DNA from: an uncultured Ruminococcus sp.
GTDB lineage: Bacteria; Bacillota; Clostridia; Oscillospirales; Ruminococcaceae
DNA length: 64,000 nucleotides
Reading direction: 5' to 3'
NCBI GenBank assembly: GCA_964551225.1
Contig: CAZKBF010000011.1
Location: forward strand, 10,591 to 74,590
Shown in pieces: positions 24,402-33,861 of this stretch; position 1 is the first letter of the stretch, and each line of letters opens with the position of its first letter. The position numbers were made by a program, and so were the translations under genes. A model generated the notes under the pieces. The model was not told where the DNA came from, did no database searches, and saw nothing but the letters and a program-made list of their open reading frames with translations.

Positions 24402-27221
24402 TCACGCACCGCCTTTCAAGTCGTCGAGAATTTTCTCGGCTTGCCGCTCTGCCTCGTCGTATTCAAAGTCCTCCGCGAGCTCCTGAACCGCGTTAAACAG
24501 TGACTTTAGGTCAACTCCGCCGCAGCTCTTTCCGTAGGTTTTTTTGCAAGCTTCAACTGCTGCGTCTCCGTCAAAATTCTCGCAAGCCGCGCTGATTTCA
24601 CGAACAAAATTCTCGACCTCATCAATCGAAATCTCCGTCAAATTTTCCTGCGAAACATCTGTTTCCACGGGCTCGGGCGCGGGCTTTTTCTGCGCGAGGT
24701 ACTCGCTTGCGATTTGCGTCACCTTTTTGTAAAGCTCTATCATCGCCGCGTTCTTCTCCTCAATCAGCCTGTAGTTCTCGGATTTTCCCGCGAGCTCAAG
24801 CTCCTTTGCAAGCTCGGACAGCGGCTTTGAGCCGATTGTAAGCGACGTGCTCTTCAGCGCGTGCACCTCGATAACATAGTTTTTCCAAGATTTTTCCTCG
24901 AACAATTTTTGTATGTAATCCTGCTTTGCTTGTGCTTTATTAACATACATTTCGAGAATTTCAAGGTACGCTTCCTCGTCGCCGCCCGTGTAGAAAACAC
25001 CTGTCTGCGCGTCGAAAAGCGCGGTTTTTTCCTCGGGCTGCGGAGCGGATTTTCGCTTGTCCTCGGTGTTGAACTCGTCCTCGGTCGGCGCTTTTATCAG
25101 CTCCTTCGGCAGCCACGTTTTCAGTATTCTGTCAAGCGTCGTAAGCTCAATCGGCTTTGCGATAAAGTCGTTCATTCCCGCTTCCAAAAACGTTTCGCGT
25201 GCACCGTTCACCGCGTTTGCCGTGAGTGCGATTATCGGCAGCTCCTTATAATAATCTCCGTCCATCGAGCGAATAATCTGCGTTGCCTCAACGCCGTCGA
25301 TTTCGGGCATCATGTGGTCCATAAAGACAATGTGAAAATCTTTTGAGCGCAGCAGCGAAAATGCCGATTTCGCGCAGTCGGCGGTTATCACCTGCATATG
25401 ATAAGGGCGCATAAGTCCCGCGGCAACTTTCAGGTTTATCGGGTTGTCGTCTACGATAAGAACGCGCGCTTTCGGTGCGGAGAAACGCGTTGTCGAGTTT
25501 CTGCGCTCGCCGAGATTTGTAACGACGCTTTCGTTGTTGAAAATCGCGCCGACCGACAAGATGTAAAACGGTTTGTACATACATTTCACACCGCTCGGCA
25601 GCTCAATCGCGTTCAATCTGTCCTGTATCACAACCACTTTGGACTTTTTTGCTTGACTTAAATAGAAATCCGAATGCTCAATGTAGTGCTCGCGCGGAGT
25701 GAAGAGGTGCGTGAACTTGTTTTGCTTCGCGTCTTCCTTCAGCTCGTCCATCGTGTCGTACAGCTTGATGTCGGTGTGAAGCGTCTGCGACAGCTCGCTG
25801 ATTAGCAAACGGTACTCCTCGGCGGTTTTCGGGTGCGAGTATTTTTTGAAATCAATATAGCCCGCTGCGTGAACCTTGTCGGCGTCGCTTATGGACACAA
25901 ACGGCTTCGCGTCGCTCACCTTCAGCGGTATCACGAACCGAAATTCCGAGCCTTTTCCGTACTCGCTTGTCACGTTTATAAAGCCGCCCATCTGCGTTAT
26001 CAGCTTTTTGGATATCGCAAGCCCCAAGCCCGTGCCCTCAACAGCACGGTTTTTCTTCGTGTCAACCTGCTCGAAGCTCGAGAAAATTTTCTCGAGGTCA
26101 ACCTCGGTGATACCTATTCCCGTGTCCGAGACGGAAACCGAGAGATTTATCCCATAGTCGTGCTTCGTCTGCGAAACTCTTATCGAGACGCAGCCCTCGC
26201 GCGTGTATTTTATCGCGTTTGTGACGAGGTTGATGATAACCTGACGAATACGGACTTCATCGCCCATCAATCCGACAGGAATTTCGGGGTCCGCGTGCAC
26301 GATAATCTCCAGCTTTTTGTCGCCTTTTCGCGTTATCGCCATATTTATCACGTCGTTGAGCGTGGAGGCGATGTTGAAATTCTCCTCAATCAGCTCCATT
26401 TTCCCCGACTCGATTTTCGAGAAATCCAAAATATCGTTGATTATCGACAGCAGGCTGCGACCGGAATTTTGTATGTTGAAGCAGTTTTCCTGCACGGTTT
26501 CACTTATATCGTGCTCGCGCAGAATAAGCTCGGTCATTCCCACAATCGCGTTCATCGGCGTACGGATTTCGTGGCTCATATTCGCGAGGAAGTTGCTCTT
26601 GGAGCTGTTCGCTGCCTCCGCTGCGTCGATAGCCTCGGCAAGCGCCGCGCTGCGCTCCGAGAGGTACTTTGTGATGAACCAGCCGAGTATGCTGAATGAT
26701 GCGATTATCAGCACTGTCAAAACCGTTTCGGGTATCGCGGATATACCGAAATACGGGTCAAACTGCTTCGCAATCAGCCCCGGCGCCATTCCCACAAAAC
26801 AGAATATGCTCACAGCGGTGTAAAAACGTTTGCCTTCGTAAAGCGCGGCAATAATTATCGGCGCGATGAACGAGCAGAACACGATGAAAAAATCGTAATG
26901 CGAGAAGCTCACATCGGTCATTATTATCATCAATCCCGCCATAAGTGCGTACTTTTCGGTGTAAATGTTCAGTTTGAACAGCTTTATTGCAAGTCGGCTC
27001 AAGAAAAGCGCGCTGAAATTGACTAGCGTTGTTATGCCGAGAAAACGGAAGAACATATACGCCACCGTTTCATCGGTATATTTTGGGTTGCCTGTTTTAT
27101 AAAGCACAATGTTCGTTACAATCTCGATAAACAAAATGCTAAACGCCATAAACCACTGCGTGTTTTTCAACAGCTTGTTACAGCGGCGCAAATTTTCCAC
27201 CGGCGGATTACTGGTTTTCAT
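24402..27221 (-). CDS. Hybrid sensor histidine kinase (TM region-HisKA-HATPase-REC-HPt)
   Basis: FLANMSHEIRTPMN, NAIKYT, DTGIG, GTGLGL, FMDHMMP, HPt VHALKS. Confidence 0.94.
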   Translation of the reverse strand: MKTSNPPVENLRRCNKLLKNTQWFMAFSILFIEIVTNIVLYKTGNPKYTDETVAYMFFRFLGITTLVNFSALFLSRLAIKLFKLNIYTEKYALMAGLMIIMTDVSFSHYDFFIVFCSFIAPIIIAALYEGKRFYTAVSIFCFVGMAPGLIAKQFDPYFGISAIPETVLTVLIIASFSILGWFITKYLSERSAALAEAIDAAEAANSSKSNFLANMSHEIRTPMNAIVGMTELILREHDISETVQENCFNIQNSGRSLLSIINDILDFSKIESGKMELIEENFNIASTLNDVINMAITRKGDKKLEIIVHADPEIPVGLMGDEVRIRQVIINLVTNAIKYTREGCVSIRVSQTKHDYGINLSVSVSDTGIGITEVDLEKIFSSFEQVDTKKNRAVEGTGLGLAISKKLITQMGGFINVTSEYGKGSEFRFVIPLKVSDAKPFVSISDADKVHAAGYIDFKKYSHPKTAEEYRLLISELSQTLHTDIKLYDTMDELKEDAKQNKFTHLFTPREHYIEHSDFYLSQAKKSKVVVIQDRLNAIELPSGVKCMYKPFYILSVGAIFNNESVVTNLGERRNSTTRFSAPKARVLIVDDNPINLKVAAGLMRPYHMQVITADCAKSAFSLLRSKDFHIVFMDHMMPEIDGVEATQIIRSMDGDYYKELPIIALTANAVNGARETFLEAGMNDFIAKPIELTTLDRILKTWLPKELIKAPTEDEFNTEDKRKSAPQPEEKTALFDAQTGVFYTGGDEEAYLEILEMYVNKAQAKQDYIQKLFEEKSWKNYVIEVHALKSTSLTIGSKPLSELAKELELAGKSENYRLIEEKNAAMIELYKKVTQIASEYLAQKKPAPEPVETDVSQENLTEISIDEVENFVREISAACENFDGDAAVEACKKTYGKSCGGVDLKSLFNAVQELAEDFEYDEAERQAEKILDDLKGGA

Positions 27222-27468
27222 AGGTCGCTCCTTTCGGCATTGTTCTATTTAGATTATACGATAAAATTGTGGTTTTGTAAATGCGTTTTTTGGATTTTGT
27301 CGAATATTGTCAGTTAAATCGCCAAAATGTGTTGAAATATGTGCAAAAGTGTGGTACAATTACAGTATGTTTGTGAATAATCGGCGCAACTTGTCTTGTT
27401 AAATCGAATTTCGCCGATTTGCCGTTGAATTTTTGTGCGGGAGAAACTATAATGAAAGGGGCGGGGAA

Positions 27469-27909
27469 ATGCGCGTTTTTGTGAAAAACGTTCCGAAAAT
27501 CGAGGACGAGCGCGTGGTTTTGGAGTGTGTGGAGATGACAGATGATTTTCGCGATATCCGCGAGTACGCGCTGATGAAGGGGAATATGCTCTCGGGGTAC
27601 ATCGAAGGCTCTGCGTTTCAGCTCAATTTGTCCGATATAATCTATTTTGAGGCGGTCGGCGAGCTTGTTTTCGCGTATACCGAAACCGAGGTGTACGAGA
27701 TTAAAAGCAGGCTGTACGAAATCGAGAAAAACTACGCCGAGCAGATGTTTATGCGCTGCTCGAAATCGATTATCGCGAATATCAGCAAAATTCAGTCGTT
27801 TCGCCCCGCGCCCGATACTCGACTTATCGCCAAAATGAAAAACGGCGAGGAAATCGTTATCTCGAGAATGTACGCGAAGGCGCTTAAACAAAGGATTTTG
27901 GAGGGGTAG
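27469..27909 (+). CDS. LytTR DNA-binding regulator without receiver domain
   Basis: DIIYFEA, RLYEIE, FMRCSKSIIANI, ISRMYAK. Confidence 0.88.
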   Translation: MRVFVKNVPKIEDERVVLECVEMTDDFRDIREYALMKGNMLSGYIEGSAFQLNLSDIIYFEAVGELVFAYTETEVYEIKSRLYEIEKNYAEQMFMRCSKSIIANISKIQSFRPAPDTRLIAKMKNGEEIVISRMYAKALKQRILEG

Positions 27910-27910
27910 T

Positions 27911-28327
27911 ATGAAGGAGTTTCTGATAACGATGGCGCGGTCGTTTTTGCTTTGCAGCCTGTTTATCGCGATTGATATGGGCATTATCGGGCTGATTTTG
28001 TCGCCCGACGCGAAATTCGGCTATGAGGTGCTTTTTGTGCCGCCGATTTACGCGTTTTTGTGCACGCTCCCGTCGTTTTTTATGTACTCCAAAAAAGAGC
28101 TCTCCCCGAAACGCGCGGTTATAGGGAGAATTCTTCAGATTATCACCATCGAGGCTATCGTGCTCGGCGCAATCAAGCTCCAGCAGCCCGAAATGAGTTT
28201 AGCGCACGGGCTGATTATCGGCGCGTCCATTCTTGTGGTTTTCGGAGCGGTTTGGCTGGTGAACTTCCTCCGCGCGAGAAGCGACGCGAAAGAGCTGAAC
28301 GAAAAGCTCAAAAAGATGAACGGCTGA
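27911..28327 (+). CDS. Four-TM membrane protein, DUF3021-like LytTR partner
   Basis: Hydrophobic helices, C-terminal AKELNEKLKK, abuts the LytTR gene. Confidence 0.7.
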   Translation: MKEFLITMARSFLLCSLFIAIDMGIIGLILSPDAKFGYEVLFVPPIYAFLCTLPSFFMYSKKELSPKRAVIGRILQIITIEAIVLGAIKLQQPEMSLAHGLIIGASILVVFGAVWLVNFLRARSDAKELNEKLKKMNG

Positions 28328-28332
28328 ACGTC

Positions 28333-28361
28333 TTGACAAAAGTGCTTATTTGTGCTACAAT
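28333..28361 (+). promoter_or_regulatory. Sigma-A promoter of thyX
   Basis: TTGACA-17 bp-TACAAT with TG extension. Confidence 0.75.
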
Positions 28362-28418
28362 AAAAATAGCCTTATCCCGATGGCACGGCTGTCGGGATTT
28401 TGTTTTTCGGGGGTAACT

Positions 28419-29747
28419 ATGAACGACGTTTCCAAAGCTGAAATTATTAGCTTCAACACCGACAACGACGCGGTTTGCGCCGCTTCCGCGCGTATTTCCA
28501 CAACCGAGGGAAACTCCGCGGAGATTTTTCTCAAATCCCAAAATAACGAGAAAAACGGCGGTCTTATCCGAAAGGTTCTCGCGTCGGGACACCGCTCCGT
28601 TATCGAGCACGCGGTTTTTACTATCGCGCTCACCAACGTTTCCGTTTATGTCGAGCAGTTTTTTATCGAGAGCAGACTCGCTTCGTTTACCGTGAAATCG
28701 CGCCGCTACGTTGATTTCAGCAACACCGGCTACTACACGCCAAAGCTCTCTGCACAAAGCTCCGATTTGTACAAGGAGTATATGGACGCGGCTTTTTCGG
28801 CGTACGCGAAGCTTTTGGAGCTGGATATACCGAAGGAGGACGCGCGGTTTTTGCTGCCGTACTCGTTTTTCAGCAACTTTTACTGCACAATGAACGCGCG
28901 CGAGCTTATCGGTCTGATAAACTCAATCCGAAACGGCAGAGGTAAGCACTGCGAGGAGCTCCAAAATATCGCCGAGCAGCTTATCGAGCAGCTTCGCGAG
29001 ATTTTCCCGTGTATCGCGGAGGAGTTTTTCGAGCGCGAGGACGGCGTGTTTGACGGAGAAACCGCTGTTCAAGAGCAGATGACTTTGCTCTGTGAAAGCG
29101 AAACGGGCAAGGTCGATCTCATCAACGCGCCGAAAGAGCCCGCGAAGCTGCTCCAAATCGCACTCAACGCAACAGGCGAGAGCGCGAAAACTCCGAAGGA
29201 ATTGCTCGGTGAAAGGCGTCCGCGCGCGCTTGAACAACTCAATTACTCGTTTCTGATTAAGGACGTCACGCTCGCGGGTATCACGCACATCGTCCGTCAC
29301 CGTATGCAGTCGGTGATTGTTCCGCCGATTGAAACCGCGCCGCCGCGCCGCAAATTTGTTTTGCCCAAAACCGTTGAGCAAAATCCAAAAGCGCGTGAGA
29401 TTTACGAGAAAACGCTTGCCAAGTGCGATGAACTGCTTTCTGAAGCGTTGAACAACGACGAGCTGCGCCGCTATATTCAGTATTTCGCGTTAAGCGGAAA
29501 TTTGCTTGACGTGATGACCACAATGAACGCGCGCGAGCTGCTGCTGTTTATTCGGCTGCGTGCGTGCTCGAGAGCGCAGTGGGAGGTTCGCGGCATCTCC
29601 GAGAGAATGTTGGCGCTGCTCCGACAGGATTTCCCCGAGCTTTTCGGGCTGTACGGACCGAGCTGCTACGTTCTCGGAAGCTGCCCCGAGGGGAGAATGT
29701 GCTGCGGGAAGCAAAAGGAAATGCTCGAAAAATTCGCAATGAAATAA
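28419..29747 (+). CDS. thyX: FAD-dependent thymidylate synthase with two tandem Thy1 domains
   Basis: GHRSVIEH, SRLASFTVKSRRYV, EDARFLLP, TMNAREL twice, VRHR, RAQWEVR, GPSC...CPEG. Confidence 0.88.
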   Translation: MNDVSKAEIISFNTDNDAVCAASARISTTEGNSAEIFLKSQNNEKNGGLIRKVLASGHRSVIEHAVFTIALTNVSVYVEQFFIESRLASFTVKSRRYVDFSNTGYYTPKLSAQSSDLYKEYMDAAFSAYAKLLELDIPKEDARFLLPYSFFSNFYCTMNARELIGLINSIRNGRGKHCEELQNIAEQLIEQLREIFPCIAEEFFEREDGVFDGETAVQEQMTLLCESETGKVDLINAPKEPAKLLQIALNATGESAKTPKELLGERRPRALEQLNYSFLIKDVTLAGITHIVRHRMQSVIVPPIETAPPRRKFVLPKTVEQNPKAREIYEKTLAKCDELLSEALNNDELRRYIQYFALSGNLLDVMTTMNARELLLFIRLRACSRAQWEVRGISERMLALLRQDFPELFGLYGPSCYVLGSCPEGRMCCGKQKEMLEKFAMK

Positions 29748-29751
29748 ACAA

Positions 29752-29787
29752 AAAGCGCAAGCTGAACGGGCTTGCGCTTTGTTTTTT
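29752..29787. terminator. Bidirectional terminator
   Basis: AAAGCGCAAGC-7-GCTTGCGCTTT followed by a T run. Confidence 0.75.
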
Positions 29788-30383
29788 CAGCTCTTGCGAG
29801 TCTGCGTTTTTTTGGTGCTTTTTTTCGGCTCATCGGCTTCCTTTTCGGGAGCGGCAGTCTTGCCTTTGAGCTCGCCGAGAGCGTATTCCGCGTAAAAAAT
29901 GCTCCCGCCCGCAATCGCCGCCGCGTGCATTACCGAAAACGACAGCATCGCCTCCTCGGTTTCACCAATACGCTTTTCCGTGTTTTTCTCGAGAATGTTC
30001 ATCGTGTTGAGGAACTCCTCCTCGTACTGCTCCGTGAACAGGTCGAGCACCTCCGCTTCACTGCGCGTTTTCAGCAGCGTTTCGATAAGCGTACCGATGT
30101 CGTTTATCGGTAAAACCTGCTTCATCACGCATATTATAATAAGTCGAAACAGGTGAGAGCGGGAGTATTTTTTCTTGACGGGCGCGGGGATTATGTTGTT
30201 CTTGACGTAATTGTTTATCATCGACGGCGTGAGCAGCGGCTCGTCCTTTGAGGAAAATCTGCCGAAATATTTGCCCATAAGCGTTATCACTTGGTCCATA
30301 TAAAGCTCGATATCGGGCAAGTCCTCCCACCTCGGCAAACGGCTGTTTTCGCGCTGTTTTTCAAAAAATTCCTTGTAATCCAT
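29787..30383 (-). CDS. DUF1836 domain protein (MerR-like HTH)
   Basis: LPRWEDLPDIELYMDQV, LTPSMINNYVK, PVKKKYSRSHL; start at ATG 30383. Confidence 0.88.
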   Translation of the reverse strand: MDYKEFFEKQRENSRLPRWEDLPDIELYMDQVITLMGKYFGRFSSKDEPLLTPSMINNYVKNNIIPAPVKKKYSRSHLFRLIIICVMKQVLPINDIGTLIETLLKTRSEAEVLDLFTEQYEEEFLNTMNILEKNTEKRIGETEEAMLSFSVMHAAAIAGGSIFYAEYALGELKGKTAAPEKEADEPKKSTKKTQTRKS

Positions 30384-30494
30384 ATTTTTCCTTTCATACA
30401 AAGCTTGTACATATCTTGTGCATATTATAACACATAATTTCCCATTTCGCAAGACCTTTTCACAAAATTTACACAAAATGTTCACAAAACGCCC

Positions 30495-30523
30495 TTGACA
30501 AACTTGAAAAAACAATGTATAAT
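30495..30523 (+). promoter_or_regulatory. Consensus sigma-A promoter of the vor operon
   Basis: TTGACA-17 bp-TATAAT. Confidence 0.8.
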
Positions 30524-30560
30524 GGTTTTGAAAACTAGATGAATTGCTGAAAGGAATTAT

Positions 30561-31244
30561 ATGGTAATCGGTCAAAAAAGAGTTATTTTGCTTACGGGGG
30601 ACTACGGCTGCGGGAAAACAAATCTCGCGGTTAATCTCGCGCTTTTGCTTGCGGAGAAGGGAAAAGTTTCCGTTGTCGATATGGATACCGTGAACCCGTA
30701 TTTTCGCACCGCAGATTTCGGGGAAATGCTTGCCGAGCACGGAATTAACCTCGTTTGTCCGCAGTACGCGAACACAAATCTCGATATCCCCGTGCTCAAT
30801 TTTGACCTCGAAAGTATTGTTTCACAAAGCGATTTCACGATAATCGATGTCGGCGGCTCGGACGCAGGCGCTTATCCCGTAGGGCGATACGAGAGCTTGT
30901 TCAAGTCGCTTGGCGGGGAGCTTGAAATGCTCTATGTGTTTAATATGTACCGCCTTTGCGAGCGCTCCGCGGACGAGGTTGTCCAAACGCTTCGCGAGAT
31001 TGAGAGCGCGTGTCGGTTGAAGTGCACCGCACTTGTTAACAACTCAAATCTCGGTGCCGAAACAACTCCGCAAGTCATCGCGCAAACGGTTGATTTCGCC
31101 GAAAAAGTTGTCGAGAAAACCGGCTTGCCGCTTGCATTTACTTGTGTTACCGAAGACGAAAAATTTGATGAAACGCACCTGCCGATAAAACGGCTTGTGA
31201 CGTTCCCGTGGGAATCGGGGGAAACGGAGAGGGAATATGATTAG
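30561..31244 (+). CDS. MinD/ParA/CobQ-like P-loop NTPase
   Basis: GDYGCGKT, DMDTVNPYFR, IIDVGG. Confidence 0.8.
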   Translation: MVIGQKRVILLTGDYGCGKTNLAVNLALLLAEKGKVSVVDMDTVNPYFRTADFGEMLAEHGINLVCPQYANTNLDIPVLNFDLESIVSQSDFTIIDVGGSDAGAYPVGRYESLFKSLGGELEMLYVFNMYRLCERSADEVVQTLREIESACRLKCTALVNNSNLGAETTPQVIAQTVDFAEKVVEKTGLPLAFTCVTEDEKFDETHLPIKRLVTFPWESGETEREYD

Positions 31245-31437
31245 CATTGATTTTGAAAGGTGCAAGGGCTGCGCGCTTTGTACGAGCGTTTGCCCGAAAA
31301 AAATTATCGAAATTCAAAAAACCAAGCACAATTCCAAGGGCTATTACACAGCGGGCTGCACGGACAACGAAAAGTGCATTTCCTGCGCGATGTGCGCGAT
31401 GATTTGCCCGGATTGCGCGATAAAGGTTGAAAAGTGA
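31237..31437 (+). CDS. 2x[4Fe-4S] ferredoxin (delta subunit of 2-oxoacid oxidoreductase)
   Basis: CKGCALCTSVCP and CISCAMCAMICP. Confidence 0.92.
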   Translation: MISIDFERCKGCALCTSVCPKKIIEIQKTKHNSKGYYTAGCTDNEKCISCAMCAMICPDCAIKVEK

Positions 31438-31446
31438 GGGTGAGCA

Positions 31447-32505
31447 ATGGAAAAGGTTCTGATGAAGGGAAACGAGGCGCTCGCGGAAGCCGCTATGCGC
31501 GCAGGGTGCAAGTGTTTCTTCGGATATCCCATAACGCCGCAGACCGAAATTTCCGCGTATCTTGCCAAAAATATGGCGAAGCGCGGCGGCGTGTTTTTGC
31601 AGGCTGAAAGCGAAATCGCGGCGATAAATATGGTTCTCGGAGCAAGCGCGGCGGGTGTTCGCGCAATGACCTCGAGCTCAAGCCCCGGTATCTCCCTCAA
31701 GAGCGAGGGCGTTTCGTACATCGCGGCAAGCGATTTGCCGTGCGTTATCGTAAATGTGCAGCGCGGCGGTCCCGGACTCGGCGGTATCCAGCCGTCCCAG
31801 TCGGACTATTTTCAGGCAACAAAGGCGCTCGGTCACGGCGATTTTCAGATGATTGTCTACGCGCCCGCTTCCGTTCAGGAAACTATCGATATGACTTACC
31901 TCGCGTTCGATATGGCGGATAAGTACCGAATGCCCGTGATGATTCTCTCGGACGGGCTGCTCGGGCAGATGATGGAGCCCGTGGTTTTCCCGACGGTTGA
32001 CGTGCAAATTCCCGACAAGCCGTGGGCGTGCTGCGGTCACCAGAACAAGCGCCCTCACAATATCATAAATTCGCTCTACTTACAGCCCGATGTCCTCGAA
32101 CGCTCCGTTAATGAGCGCTTCGAGCGGTACGAGTTAATCAAGCAGACCTGCACAATGGCTGAAACCGATTTCTGCGAGGACGCGGAGATTGTTGTCGCGG
32201 CTTTTGGAGCTTCGGCGAGAGTTGCCAAATCGGCTGTGAACGCGGCTCGTGCAAAGGGCATAAAAGCCGGTCTTTTCCGCCCGCAGACGCTGTTCCCGTT
32301 TCCTGTCGAACAACTCAACAAAGCTTGTGAAAACGCGAAAGTTGTCCTCTCCGTTGAGATGAACAAGGGACAGATGGTCGAGGATTTGCGGCTTGCGCTC
32401 AACTGTCGGCTGCCCGTCGAGTTTTTCGGCAGGCACGGCGGCATTATCCCGAGCGTCAAGGAAGTCCTCGCGCAGATTGAGCAAATTCACGAAAGGATTA
32501 AGTAA
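31447..32505 (+). CDS. vorB: 2-oxoacid:ferredoxin oxidoreductase alpha subunit (VorB type)
   Basis: MKGNEALAEAA, GYPITPQTE, QAESEIAA, SSSPGISLK, RGGPGLG. Confidence 0.88.
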   Translation: MEKVLMKGNEALAEAAMRAGCKCFFGYPITPQTEISAYLAKNMAKRGGVFLQAESEIAAINMVLGASAAGVRAMTSSSSPGISLKSEGVSYIAASDLPCVIVNVQRGGPGLGGIQPSQSDYFQATKALGHGDFQMIVYAPASVQETIDMTYLAFDMADKYRMPVMILSDGLLGQMMEPVVFPTVDVQIPDKPWACCGHQNKRPHNIINSLYLQPDVLERSVNERFERYELIKQTCTMAETDFCEDAEIVVAAFGASARVAKSAVNAARAKGIKAGLFRPQTLFPFPVEQLNKACENAKVVLSVEMNKGQMVEDLRLALNCRLPVEFFGRHGGIIPSVKEVLAQIEQIHERIK

Positions 32506-32506
32506 T

Positions 32507-33268
32507 ATGTCGGTTGTTTTTGACAAACCTCACGCATTGTGCGATGTTGCAACGCACTATTGCCCCGGCTGCACGCACGGTATTATTCACAGGCTGGTTG
32601 CCGAGGTTATCGACGAGCTTGATATCGAGGGGAAAACCGTCGGCGTGTGCCCTGTCGGGTGCTCGGTTATGGCGTATGACTATTTCAACTGCGATATGAT
32701 AGAAGCGCCCCACGGCAGAGCTCCCGCGGTTGCCACGGGAGTAAAGCGCGCAAAGCCCGACTCGGTTGTTTTCACCTATCAGGGCGACGGTGACCTTGCC
32801 GCAATCGGCACTTGCGAGACCGTTCACGCGGCGGCACGCGGCGAGAATATCACCATAATTTTCGTCAACAACACTATCTACGGTATGACCGGCGGGCAAA
32901 TGGCTCCCACAACCATTCCGGGGCAAGTCACCCAAACTACCCCTTACGGCAGAGACCCAGCTGTTCAGGGATTTCCGCTTAAAGTTTGCGAAATGCTGTC
33001 CGAGGTTGACGGAGTGGCGCTTGCTCAAAGGGTTTCCGTGGACAGCGTTCCGCATATCCGTGAAGCGAAAAACGCTATCCGCAAGGCTTTCGACAACCAA
33101 ATTCACAAGCGCGGTTTTTCCATTGTCGAGGTGCTTTCGACCTGCCCGACAAACTGGGGTATGTCGCCCGAGGAGTCAATGGAGCGCGTTCGCACCGAGA
33201 TGATTCCGTATTTCCCGCTCGGCGTGTTCAAGGACGCGGCTGTGTGGACGGAAAAAAGTGAGGGGTGA
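32507..33268 (+). CDS. 2-oxoacid:ferredoxin oxidoreductase beta (TPP-binding) subunit
   Basis: HYCPGCTHG, YQGDGD, NNTIYGMTGGQ, STCPTNW. Confidence 0.92.
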   Translation: MSVVFDKPHALCDVATHYCPGCTHGIIHRLVAEVIDELDIEGKTVGVCPVGCSVMAYDYFNCDMIEAPHGRAPAVATGVKRAKPDSVVFTYQGDGDLAAIGTCETVHAAARGENITIIFVNNTIYGMTGGQMAPTTIPGQVTQTTPYGRDPAVQGFPLKVCEMLSEVDGVALAQRVSVDSVPHIREAKNAIRKAFDNQIHKRGFSIVEVLSTCPTNWGMSPEESMERVRTEMIPYFPLGVFKDAAVWTEKSEG

Positions 33269-33273
33269 GCGGA

Positions 33274-33816
33274 ATGTTGACAGAAATCATAATCTCGGGC
33301 TTTGGCGGTCAGGGCGCGCTTTTTGCGGGGAAGTGCCTCGCGTACAGCGCAATGATGAAGGACGTGGAAATATCTTGGCTGCCGAGCTACGGTCCGGAAA
33401 TGCGCGGCGGTACGGCAAACTGCTCGGTGTGCTTGTCCGATGAACCGATAGGCTCGCCGCTCGTCACCGAGCCGGATATCCTTATCGCGATGAACGACCC
33501 GTCGGTTGACAAGTTCATAAATAGCGTGAAATCGGGCGGGAAGGTGTTCGTGGACAGCAGCCTCGCGACAACCGAAATTACCCGAAACGATATTGAGGTG
33601 TACAGGCTGCCCGCGTCGCAGCTCGCCGAGGAGAAAAAGCTCGGCGGTATGGGCAATATCGTGCTTCTTGGGAAGGTTATCAAGGAGTGCGGGCGAATGC
33701 TTTTCGGTATCGACGGGAAAACGCTGCTCGATGCCTTCGCGAAAATTATCCCCGCGAAGCGAGCTGCTCTTATCGAGAAAAATGCAGCGGCGCTGGTTCT
33801 CGGTGAACAGTATTGA
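33274..33816 (+). CDS. 2-oxoacid:ferredoxin oxidoreductase gamma subunit
   Basis: GFGGQG, PSYGPEMRGGTANC. Confidence 0.92.
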   Translation: MLTEIIISGFGGQGALFAGKCLAYSAMMKDVEISWLPSYGPEMRGGTANCSVCLSDEPIGSPLVTEPDILIAMNDPSVDKFINSVKSGGKVFVDSSLATTEITRNDIEVYRLPASQLAEEKKLGGMGNIVLLGKVIKECGRMLFGIDGKTLLDAFAKIIPAKRAALIEKNAAALVLGEQY

Positions 33817-33827
33817 TTTTGACAGAA

Positions 33828-33857
33828 AAAGGCAGACGTTAAAGTGCGTCTGCCTTT
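33828..33857. terminator. Bidirectional terminator
   Basis: AAAGGCAGACG-8-CGTCTGCCTTT between convergent genes. Confidence 0.75.
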
Positions 33858-33861
33858 GTGT

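Noticed and set aside
29787-30740. 317-aa version of the DUF1836 ORF
   Set aside because: The N-terminal extension overlaps the divergent promoter and the next gene; the real start is probably ATG 30383
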